Shown here piece after piece: positions 10,091 to 20,100 of a DNA stretch of 64,000 bases (its first letter is position 1; every line of letters starts with the position of its first letter). A program made the position numbers and the translations under genes. A model generated the notes under the pieces. It saw nothing but the letters and a program-made list of their open reading frames with translations, was not told the origin of the DNA and did not search any database. Source of the stretch: Salinivirgaceae bacterium (GTDB lineage: Bacteria; Bacteroidota; Bacteroidia; Bacteroidales; SZUA-534); NCBI GenBank assembly GCA_016284875.1, contig JAEEPS010000008.1, positions 581 to 64,580 of the forward strand, given 5' to 3'.

Positions 10091-11134
10091 ATGAAGGACT
10101 TTGTGTTTTTAGGAGCCACTGGGTTCGATTGGCTGAAAGCAGTAATTGAAATTGTTGTTGCGGTGATAATCAGCAAATTGATAATGCTGATTCTGCCAAA
10201 AATCATCGACCGATTCACAAAAATGCCGATTGAGAAATCGAAAGGCATGGTGCGCAGTCTGCTGATGCCCATCAGCGTGCTAATCATTCTGATAGGCCTC
10301 CGTCTGGCACTCTCCAATTTCCCCATTGAGCAGTACCGACCAACGGTGAGCAAGGCTTACACATTTGTGGCTCTGCTTTGCATCACCTGGTTTGTGTCGA
10401 ATTTTGTCACAGCGATAATCGACGGTGTAATCTCGTCGAAAAATCAGAAAGACGGCAGCAGTAGCAGCACCATTCAGATGCTGCCTACCATCAAGCATCT
10501 GGTACAGGTGATTATCTGGGGCGCGGGCATTGCCATCACTCTCTCCAACACGGGTTACGATGTGAAGGCACTTCTGGCTGGACTTGGCGTGGGTGGTGTG
10601 GCATTGGCTTTGGCTGCCAAAAACACTGTGACCAACTTCCTGGGCGGCGCCACCATGCTCATCGACAACCCGTTCAACATTGGCGACCGCGTGCGGGTGG
10701 CCAACTACGACGGCTACGTGAGTTTCATCGGGTTGCGCAGTTTCCGCCTCACCACACTCGATGGCACCGAGGTTACAATCCCCAACGCCAACATCATCGA
10801 CAACGCCGTTGAGAATGTTTCGCGCGAGCCTGCCCGCCGCATTGTGCTCGACCTCAGCCTGACCTACGACACCACTCCCGAGCAGTTGAAGAAGGCCTTC
10901 GGCATTCTGGAAGATATTGCCCACCGCCACGACAATCTGAAGGATGATTGCCATGTCTATCTGAAAAATTTCGCCGATTCGTCGTTAGACGTGTGCTTTA
11001 TCTATTTCATTGTCAAAGGTGAAGACATATTTGCCGCACAATCGGAAGTCAATGTTGAGATTCTGTCGCGCTTCAACGCCGAGGGCATTAATTTTGCATT
11101 CCCAACACGAACGGTGCATGTCAATAATATTTAG
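10091..11134 (+). CDS. Mechanosensitive ion channel family protein (MscS-like)
   Basis: N-terminal TM helices, then the MscS core TNFLGGATMLIDNPFNIGDRVRV...GYVSFIGLRSFRLTTLDGTEVTIPNANI. Confidence 0.85.
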   Translation: MKDFVFLGATGFDWLKAVIEIVVAVIISKLIMLILPKIIDRFTKMPIEKSKGMVRSLLMPISVLIILIGLRLALSNFPIEQYRPTVSKAYTFVALLCITWFVSNFVTAIIDGVISSKNQKDGSSSSTIQMLPTIKHLVQVIIWGAGIAITLSNTGYDVKALLAGLGVGGVALALAAKNTVTNFLGGATMLIDNPFNIGDRVRVANYDGYVSFIGLRSFRLTTLDGTEVTIPNANIIDNAVENVSREPARRIVLDLSLTYDTTPEQLKKAFGILEDIAHRHDNLKDDCHVYLKNFADSSLDVCFIYFIVKGEDIFAAQSEVNVEILSRFNAEGINFAFPTRTVHVNNI

Positions 11135-11227
11135 GAGTTAGGAGTTTGAAATTGAAAATTGAAAATTAACAGTGAACAATTAACAATTTAGAATAATATG
11201 GTTGAGAGTGTTTAGAAAGTTGAGAAT

Positions 11228-11275
11228 CTAAACCTTCTCAACAGCGAAGCGCTAAACCCTCTAAACAGCGAAACG
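11228..11275. repeat. Tandem 24-mer x2 upstream of cmk
   Basis: CTAAACCTTCTCAACAGCGAAGCG (11228-11251) and CTAAACCCTCTAAACAGCGAAACG (11252-11275). Confidence 0.8.
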
Positions 11276-11311
11276 ATTTACCAATTAAACGATTCACCAA
11301 AAACCAAGAAT

Positions 11312-12016
11312 ATGAGCAATAAAAAACTAACCATCGCCATCGACGGTTTCTCATCGTGCGGAAAAAGCACTGTGGCAAAGGAACTTGCACGAAAATTAGG
11401 ATACGTCTATGTTGATACGGGCGCAATGTACCGCGCCGTGACGCTCTACTGCATGCGCAACGGCCTCATTAGCGATGACGGCACTGTTGACGAGGCGGGC
11501 TTGAAAAAAGTAATCGACAATATCAGCATAACTTTCACTCACAACGAGTTGACATCAGCAAACACCACTTGGCTCAATGGCGAGCAGGTTGAAGACGAAA
11601 TCCGCCGCATTGAGGTTTCAAACAAGGTTAGTTACGTTAGCCGCATCGATTTTGTGCGAAGCCAAATGGTTAAGTTGCAGCAAGATATGGGCCGTCAAGG
11701 CGGAATTGTGATGGATGGCCGCGACATTGGCACTGTGGTCTTCCCCAACGCCGACCTGAAAATATTCATGACCGCATCGCCCGAGGTGCGTGCCCAGCGC
11801 CGCTTCGACGAACTGACAGCCAAAGGCGAGAAGGTTACCTTCGACGAGATTCTTGAAAACGTGAACCAGCGCGACTATCTCGACCAGCACCGCGAGGTGT
11901 CTCCACTCCGCCAGGCCGACGACGCCCACGTGGTTGACAACAGCCACATGACGCGCGAGGAGCAGTTCGACGTTATTCTCAAACTTGTGGATGAGGCAAA
12001 ATTATCGCACAGATAA
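11312..12016 (+). CDS. cmk: (d)CMP kinase
   Basis: [35 protein letters not shown] plus the downstream [12 protein letters not shown], typical of cytidylate kinase. Confidence 0.9.
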   Translation: MSNKKLTIAIDGFSSCGKSTVAKELARKLGYVYVDTGAMYRAVTLYCMRNGLISDDGTVDEAGLKKVIDNISITFTHNELTSANTTWLNGEQVEDEIRRIEVSNKVSYVSRIDFVRSQMVKLQQDMGRQGGIVMDGRDIGTVVFPNADLKIFMTASPEVRAQRRFDELTAKGEKVTFDEILENVNQRDYLDQHREVSPLRQADDAHVVDNSHMTREEQFDVILKLVDEAKLSHR

Positions 12017-12152
12017 CACTGACTGGCTGCGCCAGGACACTGAATTTCACTGAAACGAATATCAAAGTTGGACTCGGTTAGAACAAATTTTGCTGTGGAA
12101 TAATAAAAACTGTGTTTTCTGTGTCATCTGTGCGAAAAATAAATGTTTGTAA

Positions 12153-13022
12153 ATGAGCAAAGTTGAAATCGCCATCGACCCTGATTCGGGCTTCTGCTTT
12201 GGAGTGAAAAACGCCGTTACCAAAGCCACTGCCGCGCTGTCGGAAGGCGAGCCGCTCTACAGCCTGGGCGCCATGGTGCACAACCCGCTCGAGGTGAACC
12301 GCCTGGCCGAGATGGGCTTGAAAGTGATTGACAACAAGCAGTTTGCCATGCTCCACAACGCCCGCGTGCTCTTTCGTGCCCATGGTGAGCCGCCAACCAG
12401 TTACGCCAACATCAAAGAGCGCAACATCCAACTCATTGATGCCACCTGCCCCGTTGTTCTGCGGCTTCAGCAAAGTATCAAGCAAGCCTATCAGGAGATG
12501 TCGGCTTGCGGCGGACAAGTGGTGATTTTCGGCAAAAAAGGCCACGCCGAAGTGGTTGGGCTCATTGGCCAGACCGACGGCAATGCCATTCTGGTGGAGA
12601 CTGAAGCCGACCTTCAGAAAATCGACATGACGCGCCCTATCGAGTTTTTCTCGCAGACTACCAAAGACATAGGCCAGTTTATGCAACTGGTGAAAATCAT
12701 CGGGCAGAACGCCAAGCAATTCAACTGGCACGACACCATCTGCCGCCAGGTGGCCAACCGCGGCCCTCACCTCAAAGAATTTGCCGCCAAGCACGAACTT
12801 GTTGTCTTTGTGGGCGGCCACGACAGTTCCAACGCCAAAGCGCTCTTTGGAATGTGCCGTCAGGTGAACGAGAAATCATATTTTATTGAAAACATCAACG
12901 AACTCCGCCCCGAATGGTTCGCTGGAGTGTCGAGCGTTGGAATCAGCGGCGCCACCTCTACTCCCTCATGGCTGATTGTCAATGTGAAGGAGCAGATTGA
13001 AACAATCTTAGCACTCCGATAA
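12153..13022 (+). CDS. ispH: 4-hydroxy-3-methylbut-2-enyl diphosphate reductase
   Basis: LytB/IspH pattern: GFCFGV, VHNP, ATCPVV, GHAEV, SSNA. Confidence 0.9.
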   Translation: MSKVEIAIDPDSGFCFGVKNAVTKATAALSEGEPLYSLGAMVHNPLEVNRLAEMGLKVIDNKQFAMLHNARVLFRAHGEPPTSYANIKERNIQLIDATCPVVLRLQQSIKQAYQEMSACGGQVVIFGKKGHAEVVGLIGQTDGNAILVETEADLQKIDMTRPIEFFSQTTKDIGQFMQLVKIIGQNAKQFNWHDTICRQVANRGPHLKEFAAKHELVVFVGGHDSSNAKALFGMCRQVNEKSYFIENINELRPEWFAGVSSVGISGATSTPSWLIVNVKEQIETILALR

Positions 13023-13050
13023 CTTATAACTCAAAAATTTTCTATCTTTG
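13021..13050 (+). repeat. Direct repeat copy 1 (AACTTATAACT...AAAAATTTTCTATCTTTG) carrying a -7 box
   Basis: Similar to 13981-14016. Contains TAtcTTTG at 13043-13050, 28 nt upstream of the small ORF at 13078. Confidence 0.6.
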
Positions 13051-13077
13051 CAGTTAAAAGATTAAAAACCAAGAGTT

Positions 13078-13248
13078 ATGGCACGACCAATTAGAGAAAC
13101 ACCGGTTTTGAAGGGTATCGACGCTTTCAATTTTGAATGGCAGCGGGCGGTGGCAGAGAACCGTACGCCCGAAGAGCGCGCCGAACTTCGTAAAAAATTC
13201 CAGGAGCAGGTTGCTGAAGCCGACAAAATTATTAAAGTCTGCTGGTAG
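13078..13248 (+). CDS. Small protein (56 aa), putative antitoxin of the downstream GNAT toxin
   Basis: Hand-found ORF, below the track size cutoff: MARPIRETPVLKGIDAFNFEWQRAVAENRTPEERAELRKKFQEQVAEADKIIKVCW*. The stop TAG at 13246-13248 lies 3 nt before the GNAT ATG (TAGGCTATG). The call rests on position only; I could not verify an RHH/DUF1778 signature. Confidence 0.4.
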   Translation: MARPIRETPVLKGIDAFNFEWQRAVAENRTPEERAELRKKFQEQVAEADKIIKVCW

Positions 13249-13251
13249 GCT

Positions 13252-13764
13252 ATGAATCTTGTCGCGCTGACACCTGATTTTGAATTGACTAGTTTCGATT
13301 GCGGAGACGGCGATTTGAACGAATTTCTGCTCAATGACGCCAAAAAAGCCATTGAATTGCGTATTGCCAATACGTTTCTTGTTGAAGACAATGGGCGTAT
13401 TGTGGCTTATTTTTGTCTGCTAAACGACCGTATTAGTCGCAATGAGATTACGAACAGCCAATGGAAGAAAATCAAATCTAGTTTTCCGGTAAGCAAGCAG
13501 TTCCGTAGTTATCCGTGCATTAAAATCGGGCGTTTTGCTGTTGCATTAGACTATCAAGGGCGAAATATAGGCAGTATTCTGATGTCGAAAGTCAAGGATT
13601 TATTGAATACGGAGCAAAGCCGTTCAGCATTCCGCTACATTACAGTTGACGCCTATCTCTCAGCCATTCATTTCTATGAGAAGAACGGTTTCAAGACTTT
13701 GACGCAAAAGGATGAAGACAGCCACACGCGTCTGATGTTTTTTGACATGATGGATATTGGCTGA
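13252..13764 (+). CDS. GNAT family acetyltransferase, AtaT/TacT-like type II toxin
   Basis: FDCGDGDLNEFL resembles AtaT RFDCGEEALNLFL. Also present: YFCLLND..., IKIGRFAVALDYQGRNIGSILM (acetyl-CoA site) and HFYEKNGF...LMFFDM. Confidence 0.7.
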   Translation: MNLVALTPDFELTSFDCGDGDLNEFLLNDAKKAIELRIANTFLVEDNGRIVAYFCLLNDRISRNEITNSQWKKIKSSFPVSKQFRSYPCIKIGRFAVALDYQGRNIGSILMSKVKDLLNTEQSRSAFRYITVDAYLSAIHFYEKNGFKTLTQKDEDSHTRLMFFDMMDIG

Positions 13765-13980
13765 TTTGAGTTTCTTGAAGTGCCATTTTGGCACCTCAAA
13801 ATGCCGAATGTGATGATTTGCGGTCGAATATTTCGGCCACAAAATTACTCTTTCAAGTCAAGAGAAATATCGACATCAACGACAACACCCCCCTAAAACC
13901 CAACTTATTACTTCTCTTTTTTTTCGCCTGCCACGATGTGACAGCCCTACTACATACCTTAGAAAACTTAAAACTTCCAA

Positions 13981-14016
13981 AACTTATAACTTATTACTTA
14001 AAAAATTCTATCTTTG
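13981..14016 (+). repeat. Direct repeat copy 2 (AACTTATAACT...AAAAATTCTATCTTTG) carrying a -7 box
   Basis: Shares AACTTATAACT and AAAAATT(T)TCTATCTTTG with 13021-13050. Contains TAtcTTTG at 14009-14016, upstream of the giant LRR gene. Confidence 0.6.
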
Positions 14017-14073
14017 AAGGTTGAGAATTAATTATCGCATTTTTATGTTTTAATTTTTTACGGAAACCTTGCA

Positions 14074-14098
14074 TAGATGCGCCATGGCACGTCTCTAC
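14074..14098. repeat. Degenerate GTAGAGACG-type hairpin upstream of the giant LRR gene
   Basis: TAGATGCGCCATGGCACGTCTCTAC. The right arm CGTCTCTAC is identical to the arms at 61147-61155. The left arm is imperfect. Confidence 0.45.
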
Positions 14099-14134
14099 CA
14101 TACAACAACGAATAAACCTATAAACCAAATAAAA

Positions 14135-17100
14135 ATGAAGAAGATAATCGCATTACTGTTTGCCACTATTCTTGCCGCACAGGTGTGGGCGCAAACATCT
14201 TTTGAAGTTAACAATCTGCAATACACCATTATTGAAGGCACCACCAATGTTTCAGTTGGCACAGTTTCACCCCTCCTCCCAGGCGACCTTGATATATCAT
14301 CAACAGTGCTATACAATGGAGTAACATACACGGTTACCAGCATAGGCAACGAAGCGTTTAGAGAATGCCATTACCTAACTTCGGTTAAAATCCCTGGAAC
14401 TGTGACAACCATCGATGATTGGGCTTTCTATTCATGCTATGAACTGACATCGGTTACAATTTCTGAAGGAGTGACAAGCATTGGAGAATTGGCATTTGCT
14501 GCTTCCACAAACATTCGCCAGATAACCATCCCAAGTACCGTGGAAACTATAGGCAAAAGTGCTTTTTCAGGTTGCGCTGACCTTTCCCAGATAACCATCC
14601 CAAGTGGCATAAAATACATAGGCGACTATGCTTTTTCTGGTTGCTCTGACATTCCCCAGTTAACAGTTCCATCTAGTGATGATTTATCCATAGGCGAAGA
14701 CGCTTTTGCTAACGTGCCAAAAATATACTATGCCGCTGATCCTTCAGCCACGTGGGGCGCCTTAGAAAACACCGCAAGCAAATTTCAAATTGGAAACGGC
14801 GTACTTTACAGATACACAGGCACTGACGACCACGACAATGTGATTATCCCTGATGGTGTGACAAGCATTGCCGAGGACGCGTTCGACGGTTGCAGTGACA
14901 TCACGTCATTGTTTGTGCCAAAATCTGTTACCTCAATTGTCGATAACGTTTTCAGCGATTGCAAAAACTTGACATCAATAACAATTGAAAGCGATGCCGA
15001 TTTCTCTAATGCAGGACTTTGCTTCACTTATGACGGCATCAAATACCAAGTGCAGAACAAAGGTGAGGTTGAGATAGTTCCTGTAGAATTCGAACAATAT
15101 GATACTGGTTGTAGATATGCCTCAAACTATTATTCGGGCGATTTGGTGATACCAGAATCTATAACGATGGGCAAAAACTTTGCTGTTAAAGGTATAGGTC
15201 ATTACGCGTTTGCTGGTAACGATGGTATAACTTCTGTAACAATTCCTAATTCTATCACCACTATTGGTGATGATGCCTTCGTCAGTTGCGGAAATTTGAA
15301 ATCAGTAACCATTGGCAATTCTGTTAAAACCATTGGCAATTCAGCCTTTAACGGATGTCGAAATCTTGAAACAGTCAACTTGGGCAATTCTGTAACAAGT
15401 ATTGGAAACGATGCATTTAGGGCGGCAAGTATAAAAAACATCGAAATACCAAGTTCTGTAACAACCATTGGAGGATGGGCGTTTGCTGAATGTGACGATT
15501 TGGAAACAATAGAAATACCTTCTTCGGTTGAAACCATTGGCGAATATGCGTTTTGGGGAATACAAACCATAACCTATTCCGGCACTGCCGAAGGCAGCCC
15601 ATGGGGAGCAGGTAGAAACACATCAAACGATTTTATAATTGATGAAAACGGCGTACTCATCAAATACACTGGCACTGACGCCAACGACAATGTGATTATC
15701 CCTGATGGTGTGACAAGCATTGGCGATTATGCTTTCCAGTCTTGCTCTAACCTATCATCGGTTACAATTCCCGAAAGCGTTACTGTCATTGGCAACTATG
15801 TGTTCGAAAATTGTACTCACCTTACTTCGGTAGATATACCTAATTCTGTAACCGAAATCGGAGATTGGGCTTTCTATAATACAGGCTTGAAATCGATAAC
15901 CATTCCAAACTCTGTTACCGAAATAAAAGAGGGCACATTCCGTGATTGTAGCGCCTTAACATCGGTAACCATTCCCGAAAGCGTTACTGTCATTGGCAAC
16001 TATGCGTTATATGGTTGCAACAACCTTTCTGAGTTAATCATTCCAAGTTCTGTAGAAACCATTGGCGTCCAAGCATTTGCTGATGTGCCAAACGTTTATT
16101 ACGCCGATGATAAAGGTTTCTTATATGCCTATTTTCAGCGCACAAAACTTGTTAAATACACTGGAAATGAGAAAGATGTAGAAATACCCACTGGTGTGAC
16201 AAGCATTGCAGATGGAGCGTTTGCAAATAATTCAAATGTCAAATCGGTAACTATTCCAAGTTCTGTTATATCTATTGGAGACAATGCCTTCCTTGGCGTT
16301 GAAACCGTTTATTACGCTGATGATAATGGTTTCTTATATGCCGATAGGGAGCAGCATAAACAACTCACCGGCTATAATGGCTCTGACGCCAATGTGGTTA
16401 TCCCTAATGGTGTGACAACCATTGGCGATGGAGCGTTTGCAAATAATTCAACTGTTAAATCGGTAAAAATTCCAAATTCAGTCAAAACCATTGGCGAGAC
16501 AGCATTCCTTGGCATTGAAACCATTGATTACTCAGGCCTTGCCAAAGGCAGTCCCTGGGGGGCAGGCAAAAACATTGCAACTGTTTTTGAAATAGAAGCC
16601 AATGACTCACGCCTGGAAGGTTGGAACCCTGTTGGCGTAACACCTTTCTACGATGAAAATGTAATACTTAGAAACGAATATTTTGACGATCCTTGGTTTC
16701 GCCGATTCGATCCGCCAACATGGTATGCGCCAAGCAAAACTGGCGACGAGGAATTCGAGATTATTTTCGAAGCCAAGTATGATGGCAACGGAACCAATGG
16801 AGACGGAACAGGTCTCTTGACATTCATTCAAGGCCGAGGGTTTGGTTACTTTGTTGGTGATTTGAAGGAATTGTGCAAACAGTTGGGAGTTGAAGAAGTT
16901 GACGCCGTATGGAAATTATCAAATATTGTCGAGCAGATGATTGTTGATGAATACACCGGTCAACCTGAAGATTATGAACCTAACACCCTTAACAATTCTC
17001 GCAACTTGAAATTCTACCCAACATCCGATTGGCATACATTCAGCATGAAAGGCTACCTTGGCCGCCATGCAATGGATTCTGTCGATCTTCAGTTTGAACT

Positions 17101-20100
17101 TGGCGAAGTTGCTGGAGACTATTCAATCCGCAACTTTGTGTTTATAGTCGATGGTGAGGTGTTTAAGGATTATTTCTGTTCCGATGAGTTCCTTAGTGAC
17201 ATCAACAAGCAGTTGGCCAAAGGTTTGAAATACGATTTCTCTGCCGGGGACAAGACTGCAAAGGTCATCGGATACAATGGCACAGAAACAAGCGTGGATA
17301 TTCCCGCAACGGTTGAGGTTGATGGTGTAACTTATAGCGTGACAAGCATTGGCGAGTATGCCTTCCAGAATTGCAGCGCCATGACATCGATTTCAATTCC
17401 CGAATCGGTTACCACTATTGAGAATTACGCATTCCAGGGTTGCAGCGGATTGCAAAAAGCCGAATTCGCCAGCATCGAGAGCCTTTGCGCTATATCTTAT
17501 AAAGATAATCCTTATTATTACTATGGCAGTCCATTATTGATGGCCAACCATTTATACATTAAGGGCATTGAAGATGAAATAACCGAATTCACAATCCCCG
17601 AATCGGTTACCACCATTAACGACTACGTATTCTATGGCAGCCAGATAACCACTCTTATCGTTCCCGAAGGAATAGAAGTTGGCGAAAATGCATTCTATGG
17701 CATAGAAGGCTACGTCTATCCTCCGGGTATTACTTCTTACCCCACTCATGGCTATACAATTGATCAATCTCGATTGGAAGGTTGGACGTATCAGAATTGG
17801 AGAGAACCTTATGTAAGTTACGATGATTGCATAATAATTTCAAAACCAGGCACTATTTCCACATGGGATTGTCAATTCAACCCGCCCGCATGGATTAATC
17901 CGGGCAATAAAGACGATGAATTCGAGATTTCCTTCGATGCCAGGTTTATAGGCTACGGCAAAGGCGATATCACATTCATTCAGGGCCGCCAATTCGTCTA
18001 TTATAATGATGAAGAAGTGCCGGATTTATGCGTCGAACTGGGAATTGATGAAGCATTAACCTCCTCATGGCAGTTGCAAATGTATGTTGAGCAGTTGATA
18101 GTTGAAGAGTTTACTGGGCAAACTGATGAATTTGAGCCCAGCAAGCCTTTCCGCAATGTTCACCTCCGTCCAACTTCAGAGTGGCAGACATTCACCATAA
18201 GAGGCCTTCTTGGCCGCAATGGTCAGGATTCAGTCGACCTTTCGTTCGAATTTGGCTCAATTTCAGGCGAATATGATATCCGGAATTTCACATTCAAGGT
18301 TAACGACAAGGTGTTTGCATCCTACTTCTCCAACTCAGAGCCGGAGCCGCTGGAGCAATTACAAGCCAATGACTCACGCCTGGAAGGTTGGAACCCTGTT
18401 AACGCAACACCTTTCTACAATGAGAATGTAATACTTAGAAACGAATATTTTGGCGATACTTGGTCTAGCCGATTCGACCCGCCTACGTGGTATGCGCCAA
18501 GCAAAACTGGCGACGAGGAATTCGAGATTATTTTCGAAGCCAAGTATGATGGCAACGGAACTGATGGCGACGAAACCGGCCACTTTACATTCGTTCAAGG
18601 TCGAGGGTTGGGTAGTTATTATGATGATGAAGCAATCGCAATGTGCGATAAGTTAGGTATTGAATATGTTGAATCGGGTTGGCAACTACAATATGCCGTT
18701 GAGCAGATGATTGTTGATGAATTTACTGGCGCTGGTGAAGATTTCGTTGGAGGCAACCTTACTCGCAACGTCCACTTCTATCCAACATCCAATTGGCAGA
18801 CATTCAGCATGAAAGGCCACCTTGGCCGCCACGCAAAAGATTCTGTCGACCTTCAGTTTGAATTTGGCGATATTGCTGGCGACTATTCAATCCGCAACTT
18901 TGTGCTTATAGTCGATGGTGAGGTGTTTAAGGATTATTTCTGTTCCGATGAGTTCCTGAGCGACATCAACAAGCAGTTGGTCAAAGGCCTGAAATACGAT
19001 TTCTCTGCCGGGGACAAGACTGCAAAGGTCATCGGATACAATGGCACAGAAACGAGCGTGGATATTCCCGCAACGGTTGAGGTCGATGGTGAAAATTACC
19101 GAGTAACAGTCATCGACAACGGAGCGTTCAAAGACAACACCAGCCTTGCTAAAGTCACCATTGCCAAAGGCATAGAGACCATTGGCGCCTGGGCGTTCAG
19201 CGGCTGCACGGGGTTGTCGAAGGTGATTGTTCCAAGTTCAGTAATCAGCATCGGCAAAGATGCGTTTGCAGGTGTGCCAGCCGTTAATTATGCCGATGAT
19301 AAAGGTTCCCTCTATGCCGATTTTGAGCATACTCAACTCGTCAAATACACTGGCAGTGAGGCGAATATAACCATTCCAAGCACCGTGGTGAGCATAGGCG
19401 AGAATGCCTTTGAGGATAACACTGATTTGAAATCGGTTCAGATACCCGCGTCGGTGAAAGAGATAGGCGAGGGCGCGTTCAGCGGCTGCACCGGAATCGA
19501 CAATGTTAACCTGCCAAAAACTGTGGAGAGCATTGGCAAGAACGCGTTCAAGGGAGTCAAGAACCTTACCTATTCAGGCACGGCCGATGTGAGTCAGTGC
19601 GGAGCCAAGAATGTGATAGCCACAACCGTTGAGGGCGATTTTGTTTTTGCCGATGCCTCAAAAACCAAACTCATACAATACAACGGCACGGGCGGCAATG
19701 TTGAGATTCCAAGCACCGTTGAATCCATTGGCGTTCAGGCGTTTAATGGCAATGAGAGTCTAACCACCCTTGTTATTCCAAACTCGGTGAAAACCATTGA
19801 GGAGGGCGCTTTCGCCAACTGCCACAATTTGACCGATGTGTCGGGTGGCGACAATCTGAAAACCATTGCCGAGTTGGCGTTCCGCGGTTGCCACCATCTG
19901 AAAAACATCACTTTGCCAAATAGCGTTGAAACCATTGGCGACGATGCCTTCTTATATGTGAAAAATGTTGAGTACTACGGCATTGCCGATGGCGAGCCGT
20001 GGGGTGCGCTCACAGTCAACGGCTATCCCTCAGGCGATTACATCTATGCCGACCGCGAGCAGACGCGGCTCACAGCCTACGTTGGCAACAGCAAGCGCGC

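Noticed and set aside
13788-14024. 78-aa ORF after the GNAT gene
   Set aside because: It spans the repeat and promoter region, has low-complexity sequence (LLLLFFFA) and no supporting signals.
14069-14134. Upstream extension of the giant LRR ORF (MHRCAMARLYHTTTNKPINQIK)
   Set aside because: The extension is encoded by a degenerate hairpin repeat and lacks signal-peptide character. The ATG at 14135 gives a canonical signal peptide (MKKIIALLFATILAAQVWAQ).
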